A stretch of 64,000 nt of DNA from the human T2T-CHM13v2.0 reference genome, Homo sapiens. The notes under the pieces were generated by a model that did not search any database, had not been told where the DNA came from, and saw only the letters and a program-made list of their open reading frames with translations. Location: the NCBI RefSeq assembly GCF_009914755.1, contig NC_060928.1, one strand, 5' to 3'. The first letter of the stretch is position 1. Each line of letters starts with the position of its first letter. Shown here piece after piece: positions 23,800 through 38,310 of the stretch. A program made the translations under genes and the position numbers.

Positions 23800-25310
23800 A
23801 GTCTATGAAAAGTCTCCACATGTTTCAAGATGAAAACAGACTTACCATGTAAGATACAAAGGATTTTTTTTTAACTTCAAAAGGAGTGCATGTTAGAAAT
23901 CTTTGTCCTCTTGAAAATATTTGTGGAAATCTGTATGCTATGAAACAAAAGAAAAAGGATGGGATGGTAAGACCGCAACAAAAATGACAAAAAAATTGAA
24001 TGGCCTAAGGAAAAATTGTAAAAACATAAGTATAATCACAAAATTAAGGCCAGGTTCAGAATAAGACAGAAATGACACTGCAGAAAAATAAAGTTTTGTT
24101 GTAAAAGGAGTAAAAGAAAAGCTTTCCCAAAACAGAGACAGAGAATAGGAACAAAAGGACCAAATGGGAGAGAAGATGGTAGATCTAAAAGTCAGAAGTG
24201 AAGCACCAGCATACAGATCACTGGTAAACATTACTATACAAACAATCCTAAAAGCAAGTTTACAGGAAATTTCCTAAGACAAAAGATTCCACAAACAGAA
24301 TGATACCATTTGTATAAGAAAAAAACTGATAATAATCAATACCTAGATGGATCCTGATGGCATTATTAAATTAAAACAAATCACTGACAAAATTTTAAAC
24401 AAAGTAGTTTGATTAAATAGTTTCAGGAACAAGTAAGAAATAAAACCTGTATGTACAGAATATTTAGGGAAAAATGACAATATTGTATATATAAACAAAT
24501 GGGATGTAGACAGAACATTTATGAATCGAATTTTTTAATCAATCAAGAAAAGTGTAAGAACTACTCTCACCACAAATACAAAACTTATAAATTCAACCAA
24601 ATAAATGTAATGGAAACAAGAGAAGAATAAAATATTGGAAAATATCTTCATGACCATAGGGGCCAAGAAGGATTTCTTTTACAAACCTAAAATAATTTTA
24701 TAAAGAAATAATTAACAACTCTGATCACATTCATATTAAAATTTTATATACATCACAAAGCACCATTTTTAAAAAAGCCAAAGACAAAACACGGGCTTAG
24801 AAAAGTTTTTTTTTGCAACAAATATAACCAACATAACAGAAGGAAGTTCCAGAAATATGAAGACTCTTAAAATCAGTAACAAAAGACAAACAACCCAACA
24901 GAAAATAGGCAAAAAGATATAAAAAGGTAATTCGAGAAAGTAAGAGCATTATTTTTAAGTTAGGATGGTAGATGAGTATACATTATTTTATGCTCTATAT
25001 TTTGACACATCTTAAAAATTTGTAAGACCAACATATGCATAAATAATTAAAATACAGTTATAAATTGATGAATTAGAAACCAAAAATCATGAGAATAGAT
25101 CAAGTAATCCAAGATTTTGGTCTTTTGGAAGACATCAAACTATGAATAAAAATGATAGAAAATATAAATATAGGATATTATGTATGACAAAAACATATCA
25201 TAATAGATGAGATATTTTGAAATTCTAAAAGAATATAATATGACAAATTTTAATAAGTATGACTATTTCAATAAAATAGACAATGTTTTAGGAAAATAAG
25301 CCTAACTGAA
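23800..25310 (+). mobile_element. Highly decayed old L1 (L1M/L1ME) fragments
   Basis: A-rich strand bias; ORF1-like (aatggga gagaagatggtagatct) and ORF2-like (ggaaaatatcttcatgacc, caaacaacccaacagaaaataggcaaaaaga) segments. Confidence 0.6.
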
Positions 25311-25696
25311 ATGCAAGTGAGTTCTCTTGTCCTATGGAGATGTAGATACTCTGGTGGAACTCCCTTGTCTAAATCCTATGACAGCACAAAGCCTTTTCAA
25401 ATACTTCTGAACATTTCTGGGTAACTCAATTTCTCTGTTCACATCTGTCCTTGGGTCCCCTGCTGACTCTCTTCTTTACCATGTTGACTCAGATGTAAAA
25501 TTTATCCCCCCTTCAGTTTCTACCAAAAAATTGAAATCACATTTGCAGGGTATTCTGAAGTATAGAAGATTTTGCTGAAATTGGATGATCAAGTTGAATA
25601 TCCTTAAACAAAATAATAGGCATAAATGCCACTTGACAACCACATCACTGGGGAACTTTCCTTAGCTGTTTTCTTAACATAGCTTTAGTTTCTCAA

Positions 25697-26058
25697 TGAT
25701 ACGGTTTGGCTGTGTTGCCACCCAAATCTCATCTTGAATTGTAATCCCCATAATCTCCACAGGCTGTGAGAGGGACCAGGTGGAGGTAATTGAATCATGC
25801 GGGCAGATTCCCCCATGCTGTTCTCGTATTAATGAGTGAGTCTCACGAGATCTAATGGTTTTATAAGCATCTGGCATTTCCCATGCTCAAACTTATTATC
25901 TCCCCTGCCACCCTGTGAAGAGGTGCCTTCCACCATGATTGTAAGTTTCCTGATGCCTCTCCAGCCACGAGGAACTGTGAGTCAATTAAACCTCTTTTCT
26001 TTATAAGTTATTCAGTCTCTGGTATTTCTTCATAGCAGCATGAAAAAGAGCTAATACA
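25697..26058 (+). mobile_element. THE1D-like MaLR solo LTR
   Basis: tgatacggtttggctgtg...gagctaataca; perfect TSD CTCAA at 25692-25696 and 26059-26063. Confidence 0.93.
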
Positions 26059-26077
26059 CTCAATGTTAAAAAAAACC

Positions 26078-27195
26078 ACTTATTTTTGGTTCGGGGTGCA
26101 TGTGAAGGTTTGTTACATACGTAAACTTGTGTCACAGGGGTTTGTTGTATATATTATTTCATCAGCCATGTATTAAGCCCAGTACTCAATAGTTATCTTT
26201 TCTGCTCCTCTCTCTCCTCCCATCCTCCACCCTCAAGTAGACCCCAGTGTCTGTTATTTTCTTCTTTATGTTCTTAAGTTATTATCATTTAGCTCCCACT
26301 TATAAGTGAGAACATGTGCTATTTGGTTTTCTGTTCCTGTATTAGTTTGCTAAGGATAATGGCCTCCAGCTCCATCCATGTTCCCTCAAAAGACATGATC
26401 TAATTGTTTTATGGTTGTATAGTATTCCATGGTGTATATGTACCACACTTTCTATATCCAACCTGTCACTGATGGGCATTTAGGCTGATTTCATGTGATA
26501 TGGTTTGACTATGTTCCCACCCAAATCTCATCCTGAATTGTAGCTCTCATAATTCCCACTTGTCATGGAAGTGACCTGGTGGGAGTTCCTTGAATCATAG
26601 GGGTGGGTGTTTCCATGCTGTTCTCGTGATAGTGAGTAAGTCTCATGAGATCTGATGGTTTTATAAAGGGCAGTTCCCCTGCACTTCTCCTTGTTGCTGT
26701 CATGCAAAGAACATGTTTGCTTCCCCTTCCACCATGATTGTAAGTTTCCTGAGGCCTCCCCAGCCTTGCGGAACTGTGAGTCAATTAAACCTCTTTCCTT
26801 TATAAATTACCCAGTCTTGGTATGTCACTATTAGCAGCATGAGAATGGACTAATACATCATGTCTTTGCTATTGTGAATTCCTATCCATGTGTCTTTATG
26901 GTACAATGATTTATATTCCTCTGGGTATATACCCAGTAATGGGATTGATGGGGCAAATGGGAATTCTGTTTTTAGTTCTTGGAGGAATCACCATACTGCT
27001 TTCCATAATGGTTGAACTAACTTATACTCGCACCAACAGTGTATAATTGTTCTCTTTTCTCTGCAACCTGGCCAACATTTGTTATTTTTTGACTTTTAAT
27101 AATAGCCATTCTGACTGGTGTGAGATGGTATCTCATTGTGGTTTTGATTTGCATTTCTGTAATGATCAGTGATATTGAGCATTTTTTCATATCCT
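26078..27195 (-). mobile_element. Older L1PA (about PA13-16) 3' end, 5'-truncated, interrupted by a THE1 LTR
   Basis: ggtttgttacatacgtaaac...tagctcccacttataagtgagaacatg...gagatggtatctcattgtggttttgatttgcatttct. Confidence 0.9.
26496..26857 (+). mobile_element. THE1C/D solo LTR nested in L1PA
   Basis: tgatatggtttgac...ggactaataca; perfect TSD TCATG at 26491-26495 and 26858-26862. Confidence 0.93.
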
Positions 27196-27534
27196 TGTCC
27201 CAACATCTCTTTAACTTCTCTCTCTTACCTCTTCCTTCTCTATGCTCTGGCTTTTTTCTTTCTGCACTGCATAGGACAATAATACTTTCATTTTATTATG
27301 CATATATCTAAAAATCTTGGCTTCTGCTAACACCCATATCTTCCAGATCTCATCTTCTATACCAGTGGCTCATCAAGGTAATTTTCCAATAGACAGTAGA
27401 TTCTCTTTAAAAGGAACTCAAATGACAGCTGCTAAGATACTATATTTTTCTCTTCCCCAATTATGATTACCAAAATATACTCAAGAAGTGTAAATCAGTA
27501 TATATAGCAACATCTCAAATATGAAATGTGCTAT

Positions 27535-27610
27535 TCTCTGTCTTTCTCTCTCTCTCTCTCTCTGTCACACACACATACACACACACACACACATACACAC
27601 ACACACACAC
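27535..27610. repeat. Compound (TC)n(AC)n microsatellite
   Basis: Seen directly. Confidence 0.95.
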
Positions 27611-28289
27611 GCAGCAGAGGGAAGAATATAATCAGGTATTTACAAAGATATAGCTGACTCTAGCAAAAGCTGGTGATTTTTTTTCGATATTATTTTGGTA
27701 ATTAGAAAAGTGACATTAAAATGAATAAAAGTGAAATAATAAAAATTAAAGGCCTAGTATTCCTTAAATAAAGTATGTATAATATTCATGCATTTTGCCA
27801 GTGCTGTTTCTATCACATGTCTAGAACAAATTTTGATAGCCATCATTCTGCCTCCAGGCAAGGCTGCACTGACCTAGTATCATGGGACTTAGACAGAAGT
27901 GGAATGCCCTAATCATAAGGTCTATTCCTTATCCTAGTTCTCTGAAAATCTTTAGAGCACATTTCCCTATGTTGTTCATTCCCAGTGCTGCTGTGTTGTA
28001 TTTCCTAGAATCTAAACTTTTCCTGCGGTTGTATTTCTGACTTTGGGAAGTCGCCTTGTTTCGTATTGATTCTCCAAGATGTCTTGCCGTGCTCCTGCCT
28101 GAAGTCAATTGCCTGCAGAAACTAGCTTATATGCATAGATATGCATTTAATGGAGATTAAGCACAGAGATTTTGGACTCACATAGAAACCAAGAATTTAT
28201 TTCTTATCGTAGTTTCAGGATTTGCTATATATTCCTCTTCTTATATTAACCCTCTTTTCTAATAATTACTAAAAATAACATTTTCTCAT

Positions 28290-28497
28290 AGAACCATTCC
28301 CTGAAACTCTGGGCTAGCACAGTGTCCACTGCTACATATTTTCATAGCAATCTTTACTTAAGCTTTTGTAAAAACGAATCCCATATACTTGAAGCTCCAT
28401 GAGAGCAGTGTCATGTTTTCCTATACTAGTATATTTCTGGAATGTAAGAAGTGCTTAGTGAATAAGTAAAGAAATAGGCGAATGGGTGGATGGATGA
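28290..28497 (+). mobile_element. L2 3'-end fragment
   Basis: gaagctccatgagagcag...aagtgcttagtgaataag...gaatgggtggatggatga. Confidence 0.55.
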
Positions 28498-28783
28498 TTG
28501 GCCATCATATGGCCATAGAATTTTCTTGCCAGCTGTTGACCCTACTCACTAGTTCTTGCAGCAAAAAATCAGTTCAGCCAGTGTTCACACCAAAATAAAC
28601 TCTGTCCCTTATGGGCAAGGTCTAAAGGACATTTAAATTATCTCCAATAAAACCAAGGTAGCAACTTAGTAGGAATCCAATACTAATATTAAGAGAATTT
28701 TAACCAAAGACATTTCTTCTCTCTCTTCCATTCTGGATTGCTTTTTTCAGGTACCTATGAGTCTTTCCCCTGCAATTACCCCC

Positions 28784-29239
28784 TGTGAGGGTTAATACTG
28801 AGTGTCAACTTGATTGTATTAAAGGATGCAAAGTATTGATCCTGGGTGTGTTTGTGAGAGCATTGACAAAGGAGATTAACATTTAAGTCAGTGGGCTGGG
28901 GAAGACAGGCCCACCCTTAATCTGGTACGTACAATCTAATCAGCTGCCAGAGAATATAAAGCAGGCAGAAAAACAGGAAAAAGCAAGACTGGCCTAGCCT
29001 CCCAGTCTACATCTTTCTCCTATGCTTCCTGCCCTCAAACATTGGACTCCAAGTTATTCAGTTTTGAGACTTGGACTGGCTCTCCTTGCTTCTCAAGCTT
29101 GCAGACAGCCTATTGTGGGACCTTGTGATCATGTAAGTTAATACTTAGTAAACTCCCATATATGTGTGTGTATATATATATTCTCCTATTAGTTCTGTCT
29201 CTCTAGTGAACAAAAGACAAACAGTCTTTTGCTAGTACA
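28784..29239 (+). mobile_element. 5' LTR (MLT2A1-like)
   Basis: tgtgagggttaatactgagtgtcaacttgatt...gctagtaca; TATA-like aatataaag near 28953. Confidence 0.92.
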
Positions 29240-29304
29240 GCTTTTGGTACCAGTAGTGGGTCTAGAGGAACAGAATATTAAGGATGGAGTTCTTTTGTTG
29301 GTTT

Positions 29305-30957
29305 TGGGATTTCTGGGGTTGGCTGCTTAATATGATTAGACCCAAAGATGCTAAGGACCCTCCTTCTAATAGTATGGAGAACACTGATAGTCCTCGTTGT
29401 GAACTGTTTAGAGAGTTATGCAAAATAAATGCATTTGACACTCCTGATTCACTGCTCATGAGAGACAAGGAGTTTAGTGACTTTGTACATAATATCTTTG
29501 ACCATATGTGGAGAACCAAGGAACATAATGAAGCTGGTTGGTTGCTTCTAAGTTTGGTGGATAAAGTGATGAAAGAAAACTATGAACTCAGGGATTCTGT
29601 CTCCTGGCTTCAGAAGCAGATAATGAGCCTTAAATATGCTAACATTGCCCTGAGTGAGAGTCTTATCTCCTGTAGAGAAAGAGCTAAAATTGTGAAAAAA
29701 CAGACACAAGTGGCTGACCTGCAATGAAAGGTGCATGCACAGCCTCGCCAGGTATCTACTGTTAAAGTAAGGGCATTGATTAGAAAAGAATGGGACCCTG
29801 GAACTTGGAATGGGGATGTGTGGGAGGACCCTGATGAAGTTGAGGACACTGAGTTTGTAAACTCTGTTGAAACTTTTTTGCCAGAAGGAACAGCTTCCCC
29901 ATCCCCAGTAGTGGCAACATCCCCTCCCGGACCCATGCTGCCATCAGCCTTTCCACCTTCATCTGAGGAGATAAACCCTGCACTGCCTGAGGCAACAGTG
30001 ACAGCCTCCCCTGAGGCAGTTGCCTGGCAAAATAATGTTGATTCTTCTCAGGAGCCACCCGCAACACCTCTGTTTGCTTCTAGACCTATAACTAGACTAA
30101 AATCCTGGTGGGCCCCTAGAGGTGAGATTGAGACTGTGACCCATGAGGAGGTGTACTACACTTGAAAAGAACTGCTTGAGTTCTCTAATTTATATAAATA
30201 ACAATCTGGAGAACAGGCATGGGAATGGATATTAAGGGTATGTGATAATGGTGGAAGAAACACAGAGTTGGATTAGGCTGAATTTATTGCTTTGGGCCCA
30301 CTAAGTAAGGATTCATTCTGCATTTAATATTGTAGCATGGGGAGTTAAAAAAGGTTCTAATAGTTTGTTTGCTTGGTTAGCTGAAATACGGATTAAAAGA
30401 TGGCCCACTGTGAATGAGCTGGAAATGCCTAATCTCCGTTAGCTTAATGTAGAGGAAGGGATCAAAAGGCTTAGGGAGATTGGAATGCTGGAATGGGTTA
30501 GTCACTTTAGACCTACTCATCTCAGCTGGGAGGGTCCAGAAGACATACTCTTGACCAATGCCTTACAAAATAGATTTGTGAGGGCAACACCTGCATCTTT
30601 GAAGAGCCCTGTAATTGCTCTTCTCTGTAAGTCAGATCTAACAGTGGGAACCACAGTCAGTCAACTACAAAATTTAAGTACAATGGGAATAATTGTATCC
30701 CAAGGTGGCAGAGGCCAAGTGGCAGCACTCAAGTGTCAAAGACAAGGTGGGCATAGCTACTGGAATGGACAGCAGAGACAAAGCAGCAATCAGAATAGTC
30801 TGACTTCTGTAGGGCTCTGGCACTGGCTAATTCATCACAGTGTTCCTAGAAGTAAAATTGATAGGAAGCCAACTGCATTGACACTTAATTTATATAAGGA
30901 GAAAACTTCTAGGTTGAATGGACAAAAGACTAATTTGAATTATAAAAACAGAGAATC
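29305..30957 (+). pseudogene. gag: HERV-L gag, broken by stops and frameshifts and split by an L1 insertion
   Basis: ORF pieces 29284-29727, 29731-30165 (QVSTVKVRALIRKEWDPGTWNGDVWEDP) and 30485-30957. Confidence 0.9.
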
Positions 30958-32413
<1,456 letters not shown>

Positions 32414-32506
32414 AAAAACAGAGAATCATGGCCGCTCAATCAATTTCGAGACTTGAACCAGTTTATAAACCCAGAACCCCTTGAATGAAGGGGAGGCTGG
32501 GTCCTC

Positions 32507-32890
32507 TTGAGGAAGGACTCCACTACATCACTGTCAGTTTATGCAGTGAATCTTTCTCCCATTCTTCCCCAAGGAGACCTCTGGGCTTTTACCAGGGTAA
32601 CTGTGCACTGGGGAAAGGGAAACAATCAGACATTTAAGGGACTACTGGACACTAGCTCTGAGCTGATGTTGATTCCAGGGACCCCACACTGTCATCGTGG
32701 TCCTCCAGTTAAAGTAGGGGCTTATGGAGGTCAGGTAATTGATGGAGTTTTAGCTCAGGTCCAACTTCCACTGGATCCATTTGGTCCCTGGACTCATCCT
32801 GTGGTCATTTCCCCAGTGCCAGAATGCATAATTAGCATAGACATTCTTAGCAGCTGGCCAGAACCCCCACATTGGCTCCCTGACTGGTAG
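32507..32890 (+). pseudogene. pro: HERV-L aspartic protease region
   Basis: QTFKGLLDTSSELMLIPG (LDTG motif mutated to LDTS); VKVGAYGGQVI. Confidence 0.88.
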
Positions 32891-32891
32891 G

Positions 32892-35515
32892 GTGAGGGCT
32901 GTCATGGTGGGAAAGGCCAAATGGAAGCCATTAGAGCTGTCTCTACCTAGAAAAATAGTAAATCAAAAACAATATCGCATCCCTGGAGGAACTGCAGAGA
33001 TTAGTACCACCATCAAGGACTTGAAAGACGCAGGGGTGATGATTTCCACCATATCCCTGTTCAACTCTCCCATTCGGCTTGTGCAGAAGACAGATGGATC
33101 TTGGAGAATGACAGTGGATTATCATAAGCTTAACCAAGTGTGACTCCAATTGCAGATGCTGTATCAGAGGTGGTTTCATTGCCTGAACAAATTAACACAT
33201 CTCCTGGTAACTGGTATGCAGCCTTTGACTGGGCAAATGCCATTTTCTCCATTCCTATCCATAATGCCCACCAGAAGCAATTTGCCTTCAGCCGGCAAGG
33301 CCAGCAATATACCTTTACTGTCCTACCTCAGGGGTATGTCAGCTCTCTGGCTTTGTGTCACAATCTTATTCTGAGAGACCATGATCGCTTTTTCCTTCCA
33401 CAAGGTATCTCACTAGTTGATTACATTGATGACATTATGCTGATTGGATCCAGTGAACAAGAAGTAGCAAACACCCTGGACTTATTGGTGAGACATTTGC
33501 ATGCCAGAGGATGCGAAATAAATCCAACTAAAATGCAGGGACCTTTTACCTCGGTAAAATTTCTAGGGGTTCAGTGGTGTGGGTCTTGTTGAGTTATTCC
33601 TCCTAAGGTGAAGGATAAGTTGCTGCATTTGGGTCCTCCTACAGCCAAGAAAGAGACACAAAGCCTAGCGGGCCTATTTGAATTTTGGAGGCAACACAAT
33701 CCTCATTTGAGTATGTTACTCTGGCCCATTTATCGAGTGACCCAAACGGCTGCCAGTTTTGAGTGGGGCCACAAACAGGAGAAGGCCCTGCAATAGGTCC
33801 AGTAGCTGTGCTAGCTGCTCTGCCACTTGGGCCATATGACCTAGCAGATCCAATGGTGCTTGAGGTGTCAGTGGCAGATAGGGATGCTGTTTGGAGCCTT
33901 TGGCAGGCCCGCATAGGTGAATCACAGCGGAGACCTCTAGGACTTTGGAGCAAGGCCTGGCCATATTCTGCAGATAACTACTCTCCTGTTGAGAGACAGC
34001 TCTTGGCCTGTTACTGGGCTTTGGTGGAAATTGAATGTTTGAGTATGGGTCATCAAGTCACTATGCGACCTGAACTGCCTCTTATGAACTGGGTGCTTTC
34101 TGATTCACCTAACCATGAAGTGGGTCATGCACAGCAGTATTCCATCATCAAATGAAAGTGGTATATACGTGATCAGGCTTGAGCAGGTCATGAAGGCACA
34201 AGTTACATGAGGACGTGGCTCAAATGCCCATGCTCTCCACTCCTGCCACCCTGCCTTCTCTTTACCAGCCTGCACTGATGGCTAATGGGGGATTCCCTAT
34301 GATCAGCTGCCAGAGGAAGAGGAGACTAGGGCCTGGTTCACAGGTGGTTCTGCACAATATGCAGGCACCAACCAAAAGTGGACAGCTGCGCACTATAGCT
34401 CCTTTCTAGGACATCCCTGAAGGACATCAGTGAAGGGAAATCTTCCCAATGGGCAGAACTTTGAGCAGTGCACCTGGTTGTGCACTGTGCATGGAAGGAG
34501 AAATGGCCAGATGTACAATTATACACTGATTCACGGGCTGTAGCCAATGGTTTGGCTGGATGGTCAGGAACTTCGAAGAAGCATGATTGGAAAATTGGTG
34601 ACAAAGAAATTTGAGGAAGGGGTATGTGGATGGACCTCTCTGAGTGGTCAAAAACTGTGAAGATATTTGTATCCCATGTGAGTGCTCGCCAGTGGGTGAC
34701 CTCAGCAGAGGAGGATTTTAATAATCAAGTAGATAGGATGACTTGTTCTGTGGACACCACTCAGCCTTTTTCCATAGACACCCCTGTCATCGCCCAATAG
34801 GCCCATGAACAAAGTGGCTCTGGTGGCAGGGATGGAGGTTATGCAAGGGGTTAGCAACATGGACTTCCACTCACTAAGGCTGACCTGGCTTTGGCCACTG
34901 CTGAGTGCCCAATTTGCCAGCAGCAGAGACTAACTGAGTCCTCGATATGGCACCATTCCTCAGGGTGATCAGCCAGCTACCTGGTGGCAGGTTGATTATA
35001 TTGGACCTCTTCCATCATGGAAAGGGCAGAGGATTGTCATCACTGGAATATACACTTACTCAAGATATGTGTTTGCCTATCCTGCACGCAATGCCTCTGC
35101 TAAGAGTACCATCCATGGACTCACGGCATGCCTATCCAACATCATGGTATTCCACACAGCATTGCTTCTGATCAAGGCACTCACCTCACAGCTAAAGAAG
35201 TGTGGCAATGGGCTCGTGCTCATGAAATTCACGGTCTTACCATGTCCCCCACCATCCTGAAGCAGCTGGATTGATAGAATGGTGGAATGGCCTTTTGAAG
35301 TCACATTATGATGCCAACTAGGTAACAATACTTTGCAGGGCTGGGGCAAAGCTCTCCAGAAGGCCATGTATGCTCTGAATCAGCATCCAACATATGATAC
35401 TGTTTCTCCCATAGCCAGGATTCACTGGTCCAGGAATCAAGGGGTGGAAGTGGAAGTGGTACCATTCACCATCACCCTTAGTGATCCACTAGCAAAATTT
35501 TTACTTCCTGTTCTG
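32892..35515 (+). pseudogene. pol: HERV-L pol (RT, RNase H, integrase), disrupted
   Basis: [19 protein letters not shown]; FTVLPQGY...YIDDIMLIG; YSPVERQLLACYWAL; integrase-region ALQKAMYALNQHP; multiple stops and frameshifts. Confidence 0.92.
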
Positions 35516-35519
35516 CTGG

Positions 35520-35927
35520 CCTAGCGGTCTTAGTTCCAGAGGGAGGAACACTGCCACCAGGAGACACTGGAAATTAAGATTGCCACCTGGACACTTTGGG
35601 CTCCTCCTACCTTTAAGTCAACAGGCTAAGAAGGGAGTTACAGTGTTGGCTGGGGTGATTGACCTGGACTATCAAGATGAAATCAGTCTACTACTCCATA
35701 ATGGAGGTAAGGAAGAGTATGCATGGAATACAGGAGATCCATTAGGGTGTCTCTTAGTATTACCATACCTTGTGATTAAGGTCAATAGGAAACTAAAACA
35801 GCCCAATCCAGGCAGGACTACAAATGATCCAGACCCCTCAGGAATGAAGGTTTGGGTCACTCCACCAGGAAAAACACCACGACCTGTTGAGGTGCTTGCT
35901 GGGAATACAGAATGGGTAGTAGAATAA
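35520..35927 (+). pseudogene. HERV-L dUTPase downstream of integrase
   Basis: LPPGHFGLLLPLSQQAKKGVTVLAGVIDLDYQDEISLLLHN (dUTPase motif GVID.DY). Confidence 0.88.
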
Positions 35928-36291
35928 GGTAGTCATCAAAACCAGTGACGACCACATGACCAGCTGCAGAAATGAGGACTGTAACAGTCATGAGTATTTC
36001 CTCCTTCTTTTGTTAAAAACATGTTTGTGCATGTATGTGCTTGTACTAAGAAAGTATCTTCATTTTATTTATTTTTCCTTTACCATGTGACATAAGATTT
36101 ATTGACTTCATATCCGCATTTAAGTATTGTTAACTTTATGTAATAGTATTTGGGTTGGGGGTTGGTTCATTTCTGGTTGGACAAAGGATATTTGTATTAC
36201 ATTAGCTAAATTATGACCTTATGATTGTCTTTATTTGAAGACTATGTATGATCTCAGATGTATATGGGTTCAAGTTGACAAGGGGTAGACT

Positions 36292-37331
36292 TGTGATGGT
36301 TAATACTGAGCATCAACTTGATTGGATTGAAGGATGCAAAGCATTGATCCTGGGTGTGTCTGCAAGGGTATTGCCAAAGGAGATTAACATTTGAGCCAGT
36401 GGGCTGGGGAAGGCAGACCCACCCTTAATCTGGTGGGCACAATCTAATCAGCTACCAGCGAATATAAAGGAGGCAGAAAAACGTGAAAAGGTGAGGCTAG
36501 CCTAGCCTCCCAGCCTACATCTTTCTCCCATGCTGGATGCTTCCTGCCCTCAAATATCAGATTCCAGGTTCTTCAGTTTTGAGACTTGAACTGGCTCTCC
36601 TTGCTCCTCCAAGCTTGCAGGAGGCCTATTGTTGGACTTTGAGATCATGTAAGCTAATACTTAATAACTCTACTTTATATATATTATATATATAATATAT
36701 ATATATCCTATTAGCTCATATATATATATCCTATTAGTTTATATATATATCATATATATATTAGTTTATATCTTATTAGTTTATATATCATATTAGTTTA
36801 TATATTAGTATATATTAGTTTATAATATAGATGTATTAGTTTATAATATATAGTTTATATATTAGTTTATATGTATCCTATATATGATATATATATCCTA
36901 TATATATCCTTATATATGATATATATCCTATATATATCCTTATATATGATATATATATCCTATATATATCCTTATATATGATATATATATCCTATATATA
37001 TCCTTATATATGATATATATATCCTATATATATCCTTATATATGATATATATATCCTATATATATCCTATATATATCCTTATATATGATATATATATCCT
37101 ATTAGTTCTGTATATATATGTGTATATATATGCATATCTATGTGTATATATATGCATATATATGTGTATATATGTGTGTGTATATATATGTGCATATATA
37201 TATGTGTGTGTATATATATACATATATGTACACATATATGTATATATATGTGTGTATATATATACACATACACACACATATATATATATATCCTATTAGT
37301 TCTGTCCTTCTAGGGAACCCTGACTAATACA
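36292..37331 (+). mobile_element. 3' LTR (MLT2A1-like) expanded by an AT-rich tandem array
   Basis: tgtgatggttaatactgagcatcaacttg...ccctgactaataca; 1040 bp versus 456 bp for the 5' LTR. Confidence 0.92.
36676..37290. repeat. Compound AT-rich satellite: (TA)n, ~32-bp minisatellite and (TATG/TACA)n
   Basis: Unit tatatatgatatatatatcctatatatatcct repeated about 7 times at 36880-37100. Confidence 0.92.
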
Positions 37332-37849
37332 CCCCCAAATGACTTCACATTAGATTCCTGCATCTCACAGTGACTGCAAATCCCTGTCTGCTTTATGCTG
37401 ATCACTGCATTCTTGTGTGGTTCCTTTCCAGACTATTACATAGGACCATTCCTCAGATGAACACTTCCCTTGGAATGTCCCTCTCTGAATATGCCAATTG
37501 TCATGTTTTCTCACTAAACCCATCAGTTTGGTTCTCCATGTATCTATGATTACTCAACCCCTCATGCTATTAACTAAAATATCGTACCCCCGATGTGGGA
37601 AGGCTATTCTTCCTATCTTGGAATTCTTGGTACTCATGCCCATTCTTTCTTCTGAGCATCTTTATTCTATTTAAACCAGATCTTAATCATAGGGTCATTT
37701 CTTTTCTAAAAATGCCTGTTGAATATTCTCCTTCTACTTCACTTCTCCTTCCCTTGGTCTCCCAACATCCAGACCTTCCCAAGGCCATCCTGCATAATAT
37801 TCATTTCATGGCTAATTTGCCCAAATCAATCCTTTCATCAGGATATTCT

Positions 37850-38310
37850 TCTTTTGAAAACTTCCAAAAGGTTATTTAAAACCTATGAGCATAAAAATTT
37901 CCATAATTAACCAGGTGTTCTGTAATGGAGCTATAGCATCTATGTGAAACCCATTTCCCTCTAATCCTTAATTAATTCTGCCTTCCTGTATTTACTTCGA
38001 GTTTCCAGAATGGCCCTCTATTGTTCTCTTTTCTGACCCAAATCCTATTAATTTTGCCCAGATCAAGTTCCATACACTCTGTGAAGCCTTCCTTTTAGTC
38101 CACTACAGTTTTTATTTCTGTAAACTCTTGTTATATTTTATAGTTAATACCAAGTAATTAATCTAATGGTTTCATCTGTGTTAGGTCTACTTCCCAAATT
38201 TGACTGTATCATTTCTCATGGAGAAAGATGTATTAGACTTTCTCTATTCCCTATTGTATCCACCGCAGTCCTGCAGACTTAGCAAAAGCTAATAAACTTA
38301 GCATTGACTG
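37850..38310 (+). mobile_element. Decayed L2 fragment
   Basis: gaaaacttccaaaagg...gcccagatcaagttcc...ctctgtgaagccttcct...tgactgtatcatttctcatggag. Confidence 0.5.

Noticed and set aside
29284-30957. Domesticated Fv1-like restriction factor from ERV-L gag
   Set aside because: The reading frame is broken by stops (e.g. at 29727 and 30165) and frameshifts; there is no sign of ORF preservation.
35930-36290. env gene in HERV-L
   Set aside because: Only about 360 bp of AT-rich non-coding sequence lies between dUTPase and the PPT; ERV-L elements lack env.
36880-37100. CRISPR-like array of ~32-bp repeats
   Set aside because: Head-to-tail units with no unique spacers, in eukaryotic LTR context, and no cas genes.
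37042-37327. Four overlapping Y/I/C/H-rich ORFs
   Set aside because: They are translations of the (TA/TG/CA) microsatellite.
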